From Clostridia bacterium (lineage in GTDB: Bacteria > Bacillota > Clostridia > Oscillospirales > CAG-272): a stretch of DNA of 64,000 nt. The stretch is from NCBI GenBank assembly GCA_017463765.1, contig JAFTON010000002.1, positions 206 through 64,205 of the forward strand, written 5' to 3'. A program made the translations under genes and the position numbers. This document shows positions 19,671 to 28,708 of the stretch, piece by piece. The stretch's first letter is position 1. Each line of letters starts with the position of its first letter. The notes under the pieces are model-generated. The model was not told where the DNA came from and ran no database searches. It worked only from the letters and a program-made list of their open reading frames with translations.

Positions 19671-19699
19671 AGTATACAATAAACACAGTAAAATGTCAA
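19671..19699 (-). promoter_or_regulatory. sigma-A type promoter of the B12-riboswitch leader
   Basis: Minus strand TTGACA-17 nt-TATACT immediately upstream of the aptamer. Confidence 0.55.
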
Positions 19700-19730
19700 G
19701 AACAAAATCTGTTTTATTTTCCAACCGACG

Positions 19731-20132
19731 TTATTTTGCCGATTTATCCGACCTTCCACTCCTTTGTGGCTTACCCTCATGAACCGTAAGATACATGTTG
19801 ATAGTAACCTCAAGGGTTTCTTTAAGTGCCAGACGGTGCTTTTTTGGCAAAACGTGCGCCTTACGGTAGAGGGTCAGAAGCTCAAGCTCCTCGTCGGAAA
19901 GCTCCGAGCTGTCATCTCTGATCGGAATATCCAAAAGCTCGCCGATATTTACGCCAAACAGCTCTGAAAGCTCAGGCAAAATACGCATAAAAGAGGAGGA
20001 GCGACCCCTACGCCAATTATTAACCGTCTTTTCACCGAGCTCCATTTCTCTCTCAAACGCTGCATCACTCTCAAACTCCGAGTCGATAAGCGACAGGACA
20101 CGTTCCCTTATTTTTTCGGTATTTTCTTTCAT
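19731..20132 (-). CDS. XRE-family helix-turn-helix protein
   Basis: 133 aa. HTH region EKTVNNWRRGRSSSFMRILPELSELFGVNIGELL. Start overlaps the upstream stop by 4 nt. Confidence 0.7.
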   Translation of the reverse strand: MKENTEKIRERVLSLIDSEFESDAAFEREMELGEKTVNNWRRGRSSSFMRILPELSELFGVNIGELLDIPIRDDSSELSDEELELLTLYRKAHVLPKKHRLALKETLEVTINMYLTVHEGKPQRSGRSDKSAK

Positions 20133-20878
20133 TTCTCAGATGCCCTTCTCTTTCCGTGTGGTGCACCCTTATTCTTGTCTGACGGTCTTCTTTTTGCCGA
20201 TTTTCCTCGTGGCGCATTTTTATAAAAGGGTGTATGCTCCTCACTTACCTTTTGTGTTTTTTCCATGTTTTCGCCTGTTTTTTGAGGATTTTTCTTTGTT
20301 TTCTCCTGCTTTTTGGGCTTATCGGTAGAAAATCCGAAACGGCCTACAATCTCGCCGAGAGAATAATATTCGCCATGTGAATATGCCAGAAGATCTGCAC
20401 GTTCAAAGTGTATTTTACCCTTCTCGTCAATTATACTTTCATGGCAGGAAACACTCAGAATATCTGCAACGAAAACGTCGTGAGAGCCCATAGGGACAAT
20501 CTGACACACGCGACACTCAATTGCAATCGGACACTCGGCTATGGTGGGAGGAGAAACCTTCTCACTTTTCTGCTTGGTAAGATGGCACTTCTCAAACTTA
20601 TCCAGCTTCGCCCCGGTATAAATACCGACAAAGTCGGTTTCCCTCGCAAGAGCAACCGATGGCAGATTGATGACAAACTCGCCGTGTTCCTTAAGAATTC
20701 CGTAGGAATGACGGGAGGGTCTTACCGATATATAGGTTTTGGGAGGTATGGACGCAAGTATTCCGGTCCAGGCTATAGTTATTATATTCGCATTTTCAAA
20801 ATCGCCCACCGTTACCATTGCAGGTGGAACAGGCGCAAGAAGCGTACCGGGTGCAAGACTTTTTCTCTTATTTTCCAT
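20129..20878 (-). CDS. flavin reductase-like (FMN-binding split barrel) protein with basic C-terminal tail
   Basis: From ATG 20878 (MENKRKSLAPGTLLAPVPPAMVTVG). The last ~65 aa are Lys/Arg/Pro-rich and look disordered. Overlaps the SDR gene by 11 nt. Confidence 0.7.
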   Translation of the reverse strand: MENKRKSLAPGTLLAPVPPAMVTVGDFENANIITIAWTGILASIPPKTYISVRPSRHSYGILKEHGEFVINLPSVALARETDFVGIYTGAKLDKFEKCHLTKQKSEKVSPPTIAECPIAIECRVCQIVPMGSHDVFVADILSVSCHESIIDEKGKIHFERADLLAYSHGEYYSLGEIVGRFGFSTDKPKKQEKTKKNPQKTGENMEKTQKVSEEHTPFYKNAPRGKSAKRRPSDKNKGAPHGKRRASEK

Positions 20879-21653
20879 TTTCTTCCCCCTTCTCAAGCAT
20901 ACCGAGCCATAAGCGTGTAAGAATCGGATCGGGCAGTATTTTGAACAAAAGATGCTGCAATTTGGTATACCAGTTTGTAACGTACATCGCTCTTCCCTTA
21001 TCTGATGCCCTGATGCACCCCTTAACAACCCTTTCGCAGTTCAGCAGGGGCTTCATTGCAGAGTCACGGGGACGTGTTACTCCTGCCTTTGCAGTAGCCT
21101 TACCGAGAAACTCGGTATGTACCCAGCCGGGACAGAAGCATGTGGCACGAAGTCCGTATTTCTTAATCTCATAATTAAGCGACTTAGTGTAATGAAGCAC
21201 AAACACCTTTCCCGACGAGTAGGTATTGAAATATGGGAGAGGCGTGAAGCAGGAACCCGAGCCGAGCTGAATAATTCTGCCACCACGCTCCATATAGGGA
21301 ATAGTCATATGTGTAATAAGCACAAGCGCCTTTACGTTAAGGTCGATCATCATTCTGACCTTGTTTTCATCAATCTCGTCAAAAGAGCCGAAATCACCGA
21401 AGCCGGCAGCGTTAACAAGATACCTAACACTCGGCCTTTCGCTCTCAAGCGCCCGACGTATAGCCTCAATTCCCTCGTCGGTACAAAGGTCAGCAGGGAT
21501 AACCCTGTATTTCACACCCAGACTCTCACCGAGAGCAGTCATTCTGTCTACGCGCCTTGCAACCAGCCATACTTCGTCAACTCTGTCTTTATATCCTTTA
21601 GCAAATTCGGCACCGATGCCACTGGATGCACCGGTAATAATCGCAACAGTCAT
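20868..21653 (-). CDS. SDR-family oxidoreductase
   Basis: TGASSGIG cofactor motif and YSSGK catalytic motif. Confidence 0.85.
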   Translation of the reverse strand: MTVAIITGASSGIGAEFAKGYKDRVDEVWLVARRVDRMTALGESLGVKYRVIPADLCTDEGIEAIRRALESERPSVRYLVNAAGFGDFGSFDEIDENKVRMMIDLNVKALVLITHMTIPYMERGGRIIQLGSGSCFTPLPYFNTYSSGKVFVLHYTKSLNYEIKKYGLRATCFCPGWVHTEFLGKATAKAGVTRPRDSAMKPLLNCERVVKGCIRASDKGRAMYVTNWYTKLQHLLFKILPDPILTRLWLGMLEKGEENGK

Positions 21654-21843
21654 ATTTTTTCCTCCAAATATAAGAATTTACATTTATTTATTGAATAATT
21701 AAATTATTTCTGATATAATTAATATAAAATAATTACACTCTACCTTCAGGTATCAAAATCATTTTATCATCAATAATATAAAATGTCAATATAAAATTCG
21801 TAAAATATGCGAATTTATCTTTACTTACGAAAGGAATTACGAA

Positions 21844-23088
21844 ATGAAAAACAACAGCAAAAGAACCCTGCGTCTTGTGGCTGCGATACTTGTTGTTATT
21901 TCGATGACAGCATCGCTTTCCTCCTGCTTTTTATTCGACTTCGGCTTCTCATATGGTGATTACATTCCCGACTTCGAATATGATGACAATCAGGGTGGCA
22001 ACCAGCTTATTCCCGGCACAGGAAACACCACAAACGATGAGATTACCAGCGAAAACTACGGAGAATTTTATCCCGGAAGTGGTCAGGGCAATACCGAAAA
22101 CCTTACCCCACTGACAAAAACTATGCTCTCCACGGTAACAATAATCTGCAGTAACAATCTTACAAGCAGTGCCGGCTCGGGCATAATTTATTCTATTGAC
22201 AAGACAAAGGGCGACGCCTATATCATAACAAATCAGCACGTTGTTCACAACGCAAAGAAAATAGAGATATTTCTCTATGGCATGCAGCTTGCTCCCTATT
22301 CTATTCTCGCAACCTATGTCGGTGGCTCTGTTACCTATGACATTGCAGTACTTAAGATTGAGGGCAGCGAGGTTCTCAAAAACAGTTATGCCTGCGCAGC
22401 AGAGTTTGCAGACTCGGATAAGCTTCGCGTATACGACAGAGTATACGCAGTGGGAAATCCCGAGGGCAGTGGTCTTTCTGCCACCGAAGGTATTGTAAGT
22501 GTTGAGAGCGAGAACATCAGTATCACCGGTGCAGACGGCAGCCTTGTTTCAATGCGTGTTATGAGAATTGATGCCGCAGTAAACCACGGAAACTCGGGTG
22601 GTGGTCTTTATGACGAAAACGGAAGACTTGTCGGTATCGTATCGGCTAAGGAGGTAAGCGAGGATATCGACAATATGGGCTATGCAATCCCCTCCAATTT
22701 AGTAAAAAGCGTAGCGAAGAGCATTATCCGTCAGTGTAACGGCAGCTCGGTAACCAAGATCAGCAAGGCGCTTATGGGTATTACCATTACTGCATACGTA
22801 TCGGGACTTGAGATTGGTGAGGACGGAAGCGTTTATCAGGTGGATCTTGTAGAGGTTATAGAAATTTCCGGTGGCAGTCTTGCTGACGGAAAGGTGCAGG
22901 TAGGCGACGTTATCAATTCCATCACGGTAGATGGAATAAAGCGCGACGTAACCCGAGTTCATCACGTAACAGACGCTATGCTCGATGCCCAAAGCGGCAG
23001 CTCTGTTGTGCTTAACATCACAAGAGACGGCAAGACGATGAACCTGACCTTTAGCATCTCCTCTGCCAACATGTCTACTGTAAAATAA
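21844..23088 (+). CDS. S1C (HtrA/trypsin-like) serine protease lipoprotein with C-terminal PDZ-like region
   Basis: Lipobox SLSSC. HVV...D...GNSGGGL catalytic context. Confidence 0.8.
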   Translation: MKNNSKRTLRLVAAILVVISMTASLSSCFLFDFGFSYGDYIPDFEYDDNQGGNQLIPGTGNTTNDEITSENYGEFYPGSGQGNTENLTPLTKTMLSTVTIICSNNLTSSAGSGIIYSIDKTKGDAYIITNQHVVHNAKKIEIFLYGMQLAPYSILATYVGGSVTYDIAVLKIEGSEVLKNSYACAAEFADSDKLRVYDRVYAVGNPEGSGLSATEGIVSVESENISITGADGSLVSMRVMRIDAAVNHGNSGGGLYDENGRLVGIVSAKEVSEDIDNMGYAIPSNLVKSVAKSIIRQCNGSSVTKISKALMGITITAYVSGLEIGEDGSVYQVDLVEVIEISGGSLADGKVQVGDVINSITVDGIKRDVTRVHHVTDAMLDAQSGSSVVLNITRDGKTMNLTFSISSANMSTVK

Positions 23089-23104
23089 CAGAAAAAAGCA
23101 AAGC

Positions 23105-23147
23105 AAAACGCATATTTGTACGCTAAGGTTTACAAATATGCGTTTTT
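23105..23147. terminator. bidirectional intrinsic terminator between convergent protease and addA genes
   Basis: AAAACGCATATTTGTA-loop-TACAAATATGCGTTTTTTT. Confidence 0.7.
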
Positions 23148-23150
23148 TTA

Positions 23151-26100
23151 TTAAATAATCGAAACTGTATCTCCGAGAGGCAGAGAATAAATTTCTATTC
23201 GTTCGGGAACCTTACCAAAGATTTTTTCGATAGCAAGAGAGTAGAGCCCCAGCTGCATCGAATGCTTTTCACGCAGCTTTGTTTCAGCGAGGGCACGGTT
23301 GCCAAGCTCCTCTCTTGAGAGTCTGTCGGTCTTATAATCGCAGAGAATTATACTGCCGTCATCGCGCTCGATAATACAGTCGATAACGCCCTGAACAAGA
23401 ATCTCTCTGTCACGGTATGCATCGCGCTTCTTCTCATCCGAAGTAAAGGCTTTTGCAGGAAGATACACGTTAAAACGAAGCTCACGATGAATTTTCTTAG
23501 CCGAAAGCATGTCGCAAAGAAGGCTTGATTTACGGAACAGCTCGATCTCACGAAGCCTTACCCTCTCGGCATCCTCGGGACTGATAAATCCACTGTTCTT
23601 AAGGCGTTCAAGCTCGGAGGATGCACCGTTGTCCCTGAGATTTTCAAGATCGCAGAACTGCATAAACAGATGGGTGGCAATTCCACGCTTTGCGCTCTCA
23701 TCCTCCTCGCTTCCCACAGCAAAGGACGGGAGTGTTTTTCTTTCCTCTACCCCGAACATTGCCTCAAGGTCTATAGACTCGGTATCATCGGTCAGCTCGA
23801 AGCTTACTTCATCGGTCTCACTGCCGTCAAGAACCGTAGGTGACATTGCAGATACCGACATTTTCTCGGGTAGGACAGTCAGGTGAGGATCGTGATACTC
23901 ATATGAAAATCTTTCTTTAAGAATCTGACAGAGTCTGTCGCTTTCTACGCGCTCCCTGACTCCCTGCTGCACAGCCTCTAACCCCGGATCATCCTGCGAC
24001 TCCACGTATCCACAAAAGCTATCTGAGGAAAGGGGCTCGCTGCCCTCACAGGCAAGTATAATTTCCAGATAGGAGCTGAGATTACGGAAGGAATACTCAG
24101 AAAGATTTTCACGGATAACCGAAAGCTTTGTTTCATACTCATCACGCTTGACGGTAGGACAACGTCCCACAACGTACAGCTGTTCTCTGGCTCTGGTAAG
24201 CGCAACGTAAAGAATACGGAGCTCCTCCTCGTAAAGCTTTCTTCCTATTCTATGATTGATAATATCCTGAACGGGACTGTTTACCACAGCAAGTCCCGAT
24301 GGTGAGCGAAGCCTGAAGGATATTCCGAAGTCCTCGCACAGAACAACTCTCTTGTCCTTATCCTTATTATAAATCCTGCCATCAGACTCAACGAGAAATA
24401 CCACGGGATACTCAAGTCCCTTTGAGGAATGGGCAGTGATAATCTTTACGGCATCAATACCGGTACGAGCTCTGGCATCGTCGAAGGTGGTCTTTTTATC
24501 AATGATGCTGTTAATGAAGCTGATGAAATTATAAAGACCTTTGAAGGAGCCTGCTTCATAGCCTCTTGCATAATCATAAAGAATGGTCAGATTTTCCTTA
24601 CCTCCACTTTTCGATGCAAGCGACATAAGTCCCGTCTCGCGATAAAGCTTATGAATAAGGCTGTCAACGCCGATACCCTCGGCAATCGAGCGATAATAAT
24701 CAAGCGTCTTAAGGAATGATTCACCCTTGGAAAAATCGGGATTGTCCTGAGTATAGCTTACCAAAGACTCGTAAAGGCTCTCGCAGCCCTGTTTTCCAAT
24801 AAGATACAGCTCGTCGGCAGTAAAATCAAACAGGGGTGAGCAAAGGAGTCCTGCAAGATAAATATCACGCCTCGGATTATCGATGGTGTTAAGCAGGCAG
24901 AGTGCGAGAAGCACCTCGGGAGAGAGGAAAAAGTCCTTTGCGCCCGAAATACAGGAAGGTATTCCCTGTGCCTCAAGCGCAGATGCGTACTTTCCATCCT
25001 TGCCACTTGCATTACGGAGTATGATGGCAATATCGGATGGTCTGACAGGACTACCGTCGTTAAGCTTACCTTCTCTCAGCAGCTCGGCAATCTTCATTGC
25101 AACCACCTCGGAAGAGCTTACCTCATCGTTTCCACCCTTGTCGGTCATGCAAACGGTGGGATATCTGTACTCGGGCTCGCCATGCTCCTGCAGCTTCGAA
25201 TACTTAAGCTTGTCGCTGTCAACATAGCCGATAGATTCCGAGACGAAGCCGAAGGCACGGTCGAATATTTTATTTACAAAATCAACGACACCCTTGTCGC
25301 AACGGAAATTACGCGACATAAATATAGACGCACAGTCGCCCGTGGCATTCTCAAGCAAGGGGAAGGAGCTCTTCATCGAGGCGAATATCTCTGGGCAGGC
25401 AGAACGGAAGCTGTAAATGCTCTGCTTTATGTCACCAACCATAAATCTGTTGTTCGGACGTGAGATCGCCTCAAAAATACGGTTCTGCAGGCTATTTACG
25501 TCCTGATACTCGTCGATATAGATAGCATCAAACTGTGCAGCAACACTGAGTGCAATATCTGTAGGCTTACCATCCTTAATAAGACAATTATAGGTATATC
25601 TCTCAATATCGGCGTAGGAAAGCGCGCCACGACGACGTTTTTCCTCTGTAAAGAGCTGATCAAATTTAACCTCAAAGCGACAGAGAACACCCATCAGACG
25701 ATAAAGCGAAGCAAAAAGGCTATGCCACTGCTCTGTGGTATAGAGGAAGTAATTTTTCATATCTGCAAGGTCATCCTTCATCATCTCACGAAGCAGCGAA
25801 AACCTCTCTATATTCGGAGTGGGATCTGCTCCTCTGACGGTAGCCTTACGCTCGAAACGGTAGCTGAGCATCTCATCCCTTGCCGACTCATAGCTATCTG
25901 CCCTTGCAAGTCTTAAAAGCAGCTTATAGTCACTGTCAGCAGTGGTAAGCATCTGAATTTCAGCCTTATCTCCTACTCTGAACAGCTCAACGTATCTCTT
26001 GCAGCACTCGGCATAATGCTTTATCATCTCGCCGTAACGCTCCATAAGATAGCTGCCGTAGACCGTCTTTTCCACAGGAGCATCAGCACAGTTATAGTTC

Positions 26101-26708
26101 TCCCTGAGCCTTTCGAGAAGATGTATACCTTCCTCTGCACAATCGCACTTCAGATGTATAAAGCGAAGCACCTCGGCAAGCTCCTCGGTACGACCCGAAT
26201 CGGTAAGACAGTCGGCAAGCTCCTCGAACTCATCGGGTGAGGCGATTTCAGGCATTGTGCCGTTGTATACAGCCTCGATAAGACCCTCGATAATAGAGAT
26301 TGCAAGCAGCTCACACTCTGCAGTATCGGCAATACGGTATCCGGGTGAAACACCTACACGGTCACAGTTTGCACGCAGAATATCGTTGCAGAATGAGTCA
26401 ATGGTTCGTATTTTTGCCGACGGAAGCAGGTGTAACTGACGCTTCAGGTGCTTATCGGTGGGGTTTTCCTCCACTGCCTTGTTAAGCGCGCGCGAAATCT
26501 TTGCACGAAGCTCTGCTGCTGCAGCGTTGGTAAAGGTAACGACCAGAATAGAGTCTATATCCATATGAGAAACCGGATCGGTAAGAGAACGAATAATTCT
26601 CTCCGTCAACGTAGCAGTTTTTCCCGAGCCGGCAGCTGCCGAAACAAGCAAGGTCTTGTCACGGGTATTTATCGCAGAAAGCTGTTCATCTGTCCATTTT
26701 GTTGCCAT
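23151..26708 (-). CDS. addA: AddA-type helicase-nuclease (UvrD-like helicase plus C-terminal PD-(D/E)XK nuclease)
   Basis: Start MATKWTDEQLSAIN. Walker A AAAGSGKT. C-terminal GVIDCIIERDDGSIILCDYKTD nuclease motif. Confidence 0.85.
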   Translation of the reverse strand: MATKWTDEQLSAINTRDKTLLVSAAAGSGKTATLTERIIRSLTDPVSHMDIDSILVVTFTNAAAAELRAKISRALNKAVEENPTDKHLKRQLHLLPSAKIRTIDSFCNDILRANCDRVGVSPGYRIADTAECELLAISIIEGLIEAVYNGTMPEIASPDEFEELADCLTDSGRTEELAEVLRFIHLKCDCAEEGIHLLERLRENYNCADAPVEKTVYGSYLMERYGEMIKHYAECCKRYVELFRVGDKAEIQMLTTADSDYKLLLRLARADSYESARDEMLSYRFERKATVRGADPTPNIERFSLLREMMKDDLADMKNYFLYTTEQWHSLFASLYRLMGVLCRFEVKFDQLFTEEKRRRGALSYADIERYTYNCLIKDGKPTDIALSVAAQFDAIYIDEYQDVNSLQNRIFEAISRPNNRFMVGDIKQSIYSFRSACPEIFASMKSSFPLLENATGDCASIFMSRNFRCDKGVVDFVNKIFDRAFGFVSESIGYVDSDKLKYSKLQEHGEPEYRYPTVCMTDKGGNDEVSSSEVVAMKIAELLREGKLNDGSPVRPSDIAIILRNASGKDGKYASALEAQGIPSCISGAKDFFLSPEVLLALCLLNTIDNPRRDIYLAGLLCSPLFDFTADELYLIGKQGCESLYESLVSYTQDNPDFSKGESFLKTLDYYRSIAEGIGVDSLIHKLYRETGLMSLASKSGGKENLTILYDYARGYEAGSFKGLYNFISFINSIIDKKTTFDDARARTGIDAVKIITAHSSKGLEYPVVFLVESDGRIYNKDKDKRVVLCEDFGISFRLRSPSGLAVVNSPVQDIINHRIGRKLYEEELRILYVALTRAREQLYVVGRCPTVKRDEYETKLSVIRENLSEYSFRNLSSYLEIILACEGSEPLSSDSFCGYVESQDDPGLEAVQQGVRERVESDRLCQILKERFSYEYHDPHLTVLPEKMSVSAMSPTVLDGSETDEVSFELTDDTESIDLEAMFGVEERKTLPSFAVGSEEDESAKRGIATHLFMQFCDLENLRDNGASSELERLKNSGFISPEDAERVRLREIELFRKSSLLCDMLSAKKIHRELRFNVYLPAKAFTSDEKKRDAYRDREILVQGVIDCIIERDDGSIILCDYKTDRLSREELGNRALAETKLREKHSMQLGLYSLAIEKIFGKVPERIEIYSLPLGDTVSII

Positions 26709-26841
26709 AAAGCGCATCTCCCATTTCATTTTTATATATTTTATCACAAATAACGCTTCATTTCAAGTGAAAGACCGATTAATGCTTGAAAAAAGCAAAA
26801 TAATGTGTTAAAATGTTTAAAAAGAAAAGGGAGGGCTTAAA

Positions 26842-27819
26842 GTGGGAATCAAGCTTGGCTCAATTGAGATGAAGCACGGTATATGTCTTGCGCCTATGGC
26901 AGGATATACCGACAGTGCAATGCGTGTTGTATGTCATAACTACGGTGCAGAATATTCGGTCACCGAGATGGTCAGCGCAAAGGCAGTGGTATACGGCGAC
27001 AAAAAAACCTTTTCGCTTGCAAGAATCCACTACGACGAGGGGCCTGTGGCAGTACAGATATTCGGCAGTGAGCCCGATATTATGGCAGAGGCTGCTTACA
27101 CCCTGTCAAACACCCTTGACGGCATGCGCCCCGTGGCGATAGATATAAATATGGGCTGTCCTGTGAATAAGATTTTTTCAAACGGTGAGGGCTCTGCACT
27201 GATGAAAAGCCCCGAGCTTATCGAAAGGATAACCAAAGCCGTAAGCGGTGCAATTAAAATCCCTGCCACGGTAAAAATACGCTCGGGAATCAACGGGTCA
27301 TCTATCAACGCCGTTGAGTGCGCTCTTGCTGCCGAGGAGGGTGGAGCTTCGCTTATTTGCATACACGGTCGCACCCGTGAGCAGATGTACGGAGGCGTTG
27401 CAGACCGTGAAATTATCAAAAATGTAAAGTCAGCTTTACAAATACCCCTGATTGCAAACGGAGATATAGTTGACGGCGAGTCAGCTCTCGCCATGCTTCG
27501 CGATACAGGCGCTGACGGAATTGCCGTAGGACGAGGTGCCGTAGGCAACCCCTTTATCTTCTCGGAGATTATCGCTGCTATAGAGGGTATTGATTACAAA
27601 GCACCAACAATTGAAGAACGGGTAAGCACTGCGCTGCTTCAGATAAGGCTGGCAGTGGAGGAAAAGGGCGAGCGCATCGCAATCCCCGAGGCAAGAAAGC
27701 AGATTGCCCTGTACCTTCGCTCATTCCACGGCGCAGCACGCATCCGCGCCGAGATCAACCGCGCCACGACCTACGAAGAAGTAGAAAAGGCGCTTAAGAG
27801 TGCCTTATATAATGAGTAA
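26842..27819 (+). CDS. tRNA-dihydrouridine synthase
   Basis: LAPMAGYTD, DINMGCP and IHGRT motifs. GTG start with GGGAGGG 6 nt upstream; an alternative ATG lies at 26869. Confidence 0.85.
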   Translation: MGIKLGSIEMKHGICLAPMAGYTDSAMRVVCHNYGAEYSVTEMVSAKAVVYGDKKTFSLARIHYDEGPVAVQIFGSEPDIMAEAAYTLSNTLDGMRPVAIDINMGCPVNKIFSNGEGSALMKSPELIERITKAVSGAIKIPATVKIRSGINGSSINAVECALAAEEGGASLICIHGRTREQMYGGVADREIIKNVKSALQIPLIANGDIVDGESALAMLRDTGADGIAVGRGAVGNPFIFSEIIAAIEGIDYKAPTIEERVSTALLQIRLAVEEKGERIAIPEARKQIALYLRSFHGAARIRAEINRATTYEEVEKALKSALYNE

Positions 27820-27903
27820 AGCCTGCGGAGAGAATCTGCAGGCTTTCTGTTTTAGTTTAGCATACATTTTTAGCGTGGATACATATCGGTAAGGACAGGC
27901 AAA

Positions 27904-28632
27904 TTATTTCATAAGCTCGGAAAACGTTGTTCCGTAAATCTCATAATAACCGTTGAGGTATTCAGCGCTATGAACCGTATCAATATAACACAAGGTATCC
28001 GAATAGATATAAACAGTTCCAAATGACGCTTCCAAATAATGAGTTGGCTCGGTGCTTGGCTCTTGCGCATCAATCAGACGAACAAAGCCAAGATCCTCGG
28101 CTCCGCTTTCAGCTTCCTTTACCAAAGTTGGATTTTCACCGTATGTATAAATCGAATAACTGTTATCGCTAACATTGAAACGATAAAAGCTGTCCATATC
28201 TTTTGTATCAAAATCAGAGCCGTGCATGTTGAATGAAAGCAAAAAGGCTGTATAAAAAACCCCATGCTTCGTAGATATTATCTTGGTGCTACCGTCAGCA
28301 AATGTGAAAACCATAGAGGTTGATCCACCGCCTGCAACTCCAATTCTCGGAAACGTGGGCACAAGCTTTAAGCTACCGCACCATTCCATATAATCTGCAA
28401 TAACGTCCTTGTCAACCGAATAATAGCTTCTCATTTCCTGATTTGGAGCAATACCGTAATATGTATGTATCTCTTCAACTTTGACAACAGCATCGAAATC
28501 GTTCTTAAGCCAAGGGTTAAGCGTTGACATTTTCATTGATATCAGAGGATCTGAATTTGCATCGCAAGAGGACAAAAGCATAGTTGAGGCTAACAAAATA
28601 ACAATCAGAATTAAAGAAGTGATTTTCTTCAT
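27904..28632 (-). CDS. hypothetical lipoprotein
   Basis: Lipobox LLSSC. 242 aa. No motif recognised. Confidence 0.6.
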   Translation of the reverse strand: MKKITSLILIVILLASTMLLSSCDANSDPLISMKMSTLNPWLKNDFDAVVKVEEIHTYYGIAPNQEMRSYYSVDKDVIADYMEWCGSLKLVPTFPRIGVAGGGSTSMVFTFADGSTKIISTKHGVFYTAFLLSFNMHGSDFDTKDMDSFYRFNVSDNSYSIYTYGENPTLVKEAESGAEDLGFVRLIDAQEPSTEPTHYLEASFGTVYIYSDTLCYIDTVHSAEYLNGYYEIYGTTFSELMK

Positions 28633-28708
28633 ATAAAACTCCTTTTTTATTTAAGTATAAATGTTTTTTCGCTTTTTGTCAAGCATATATTATGACAGAA
28701 GGCACTTT

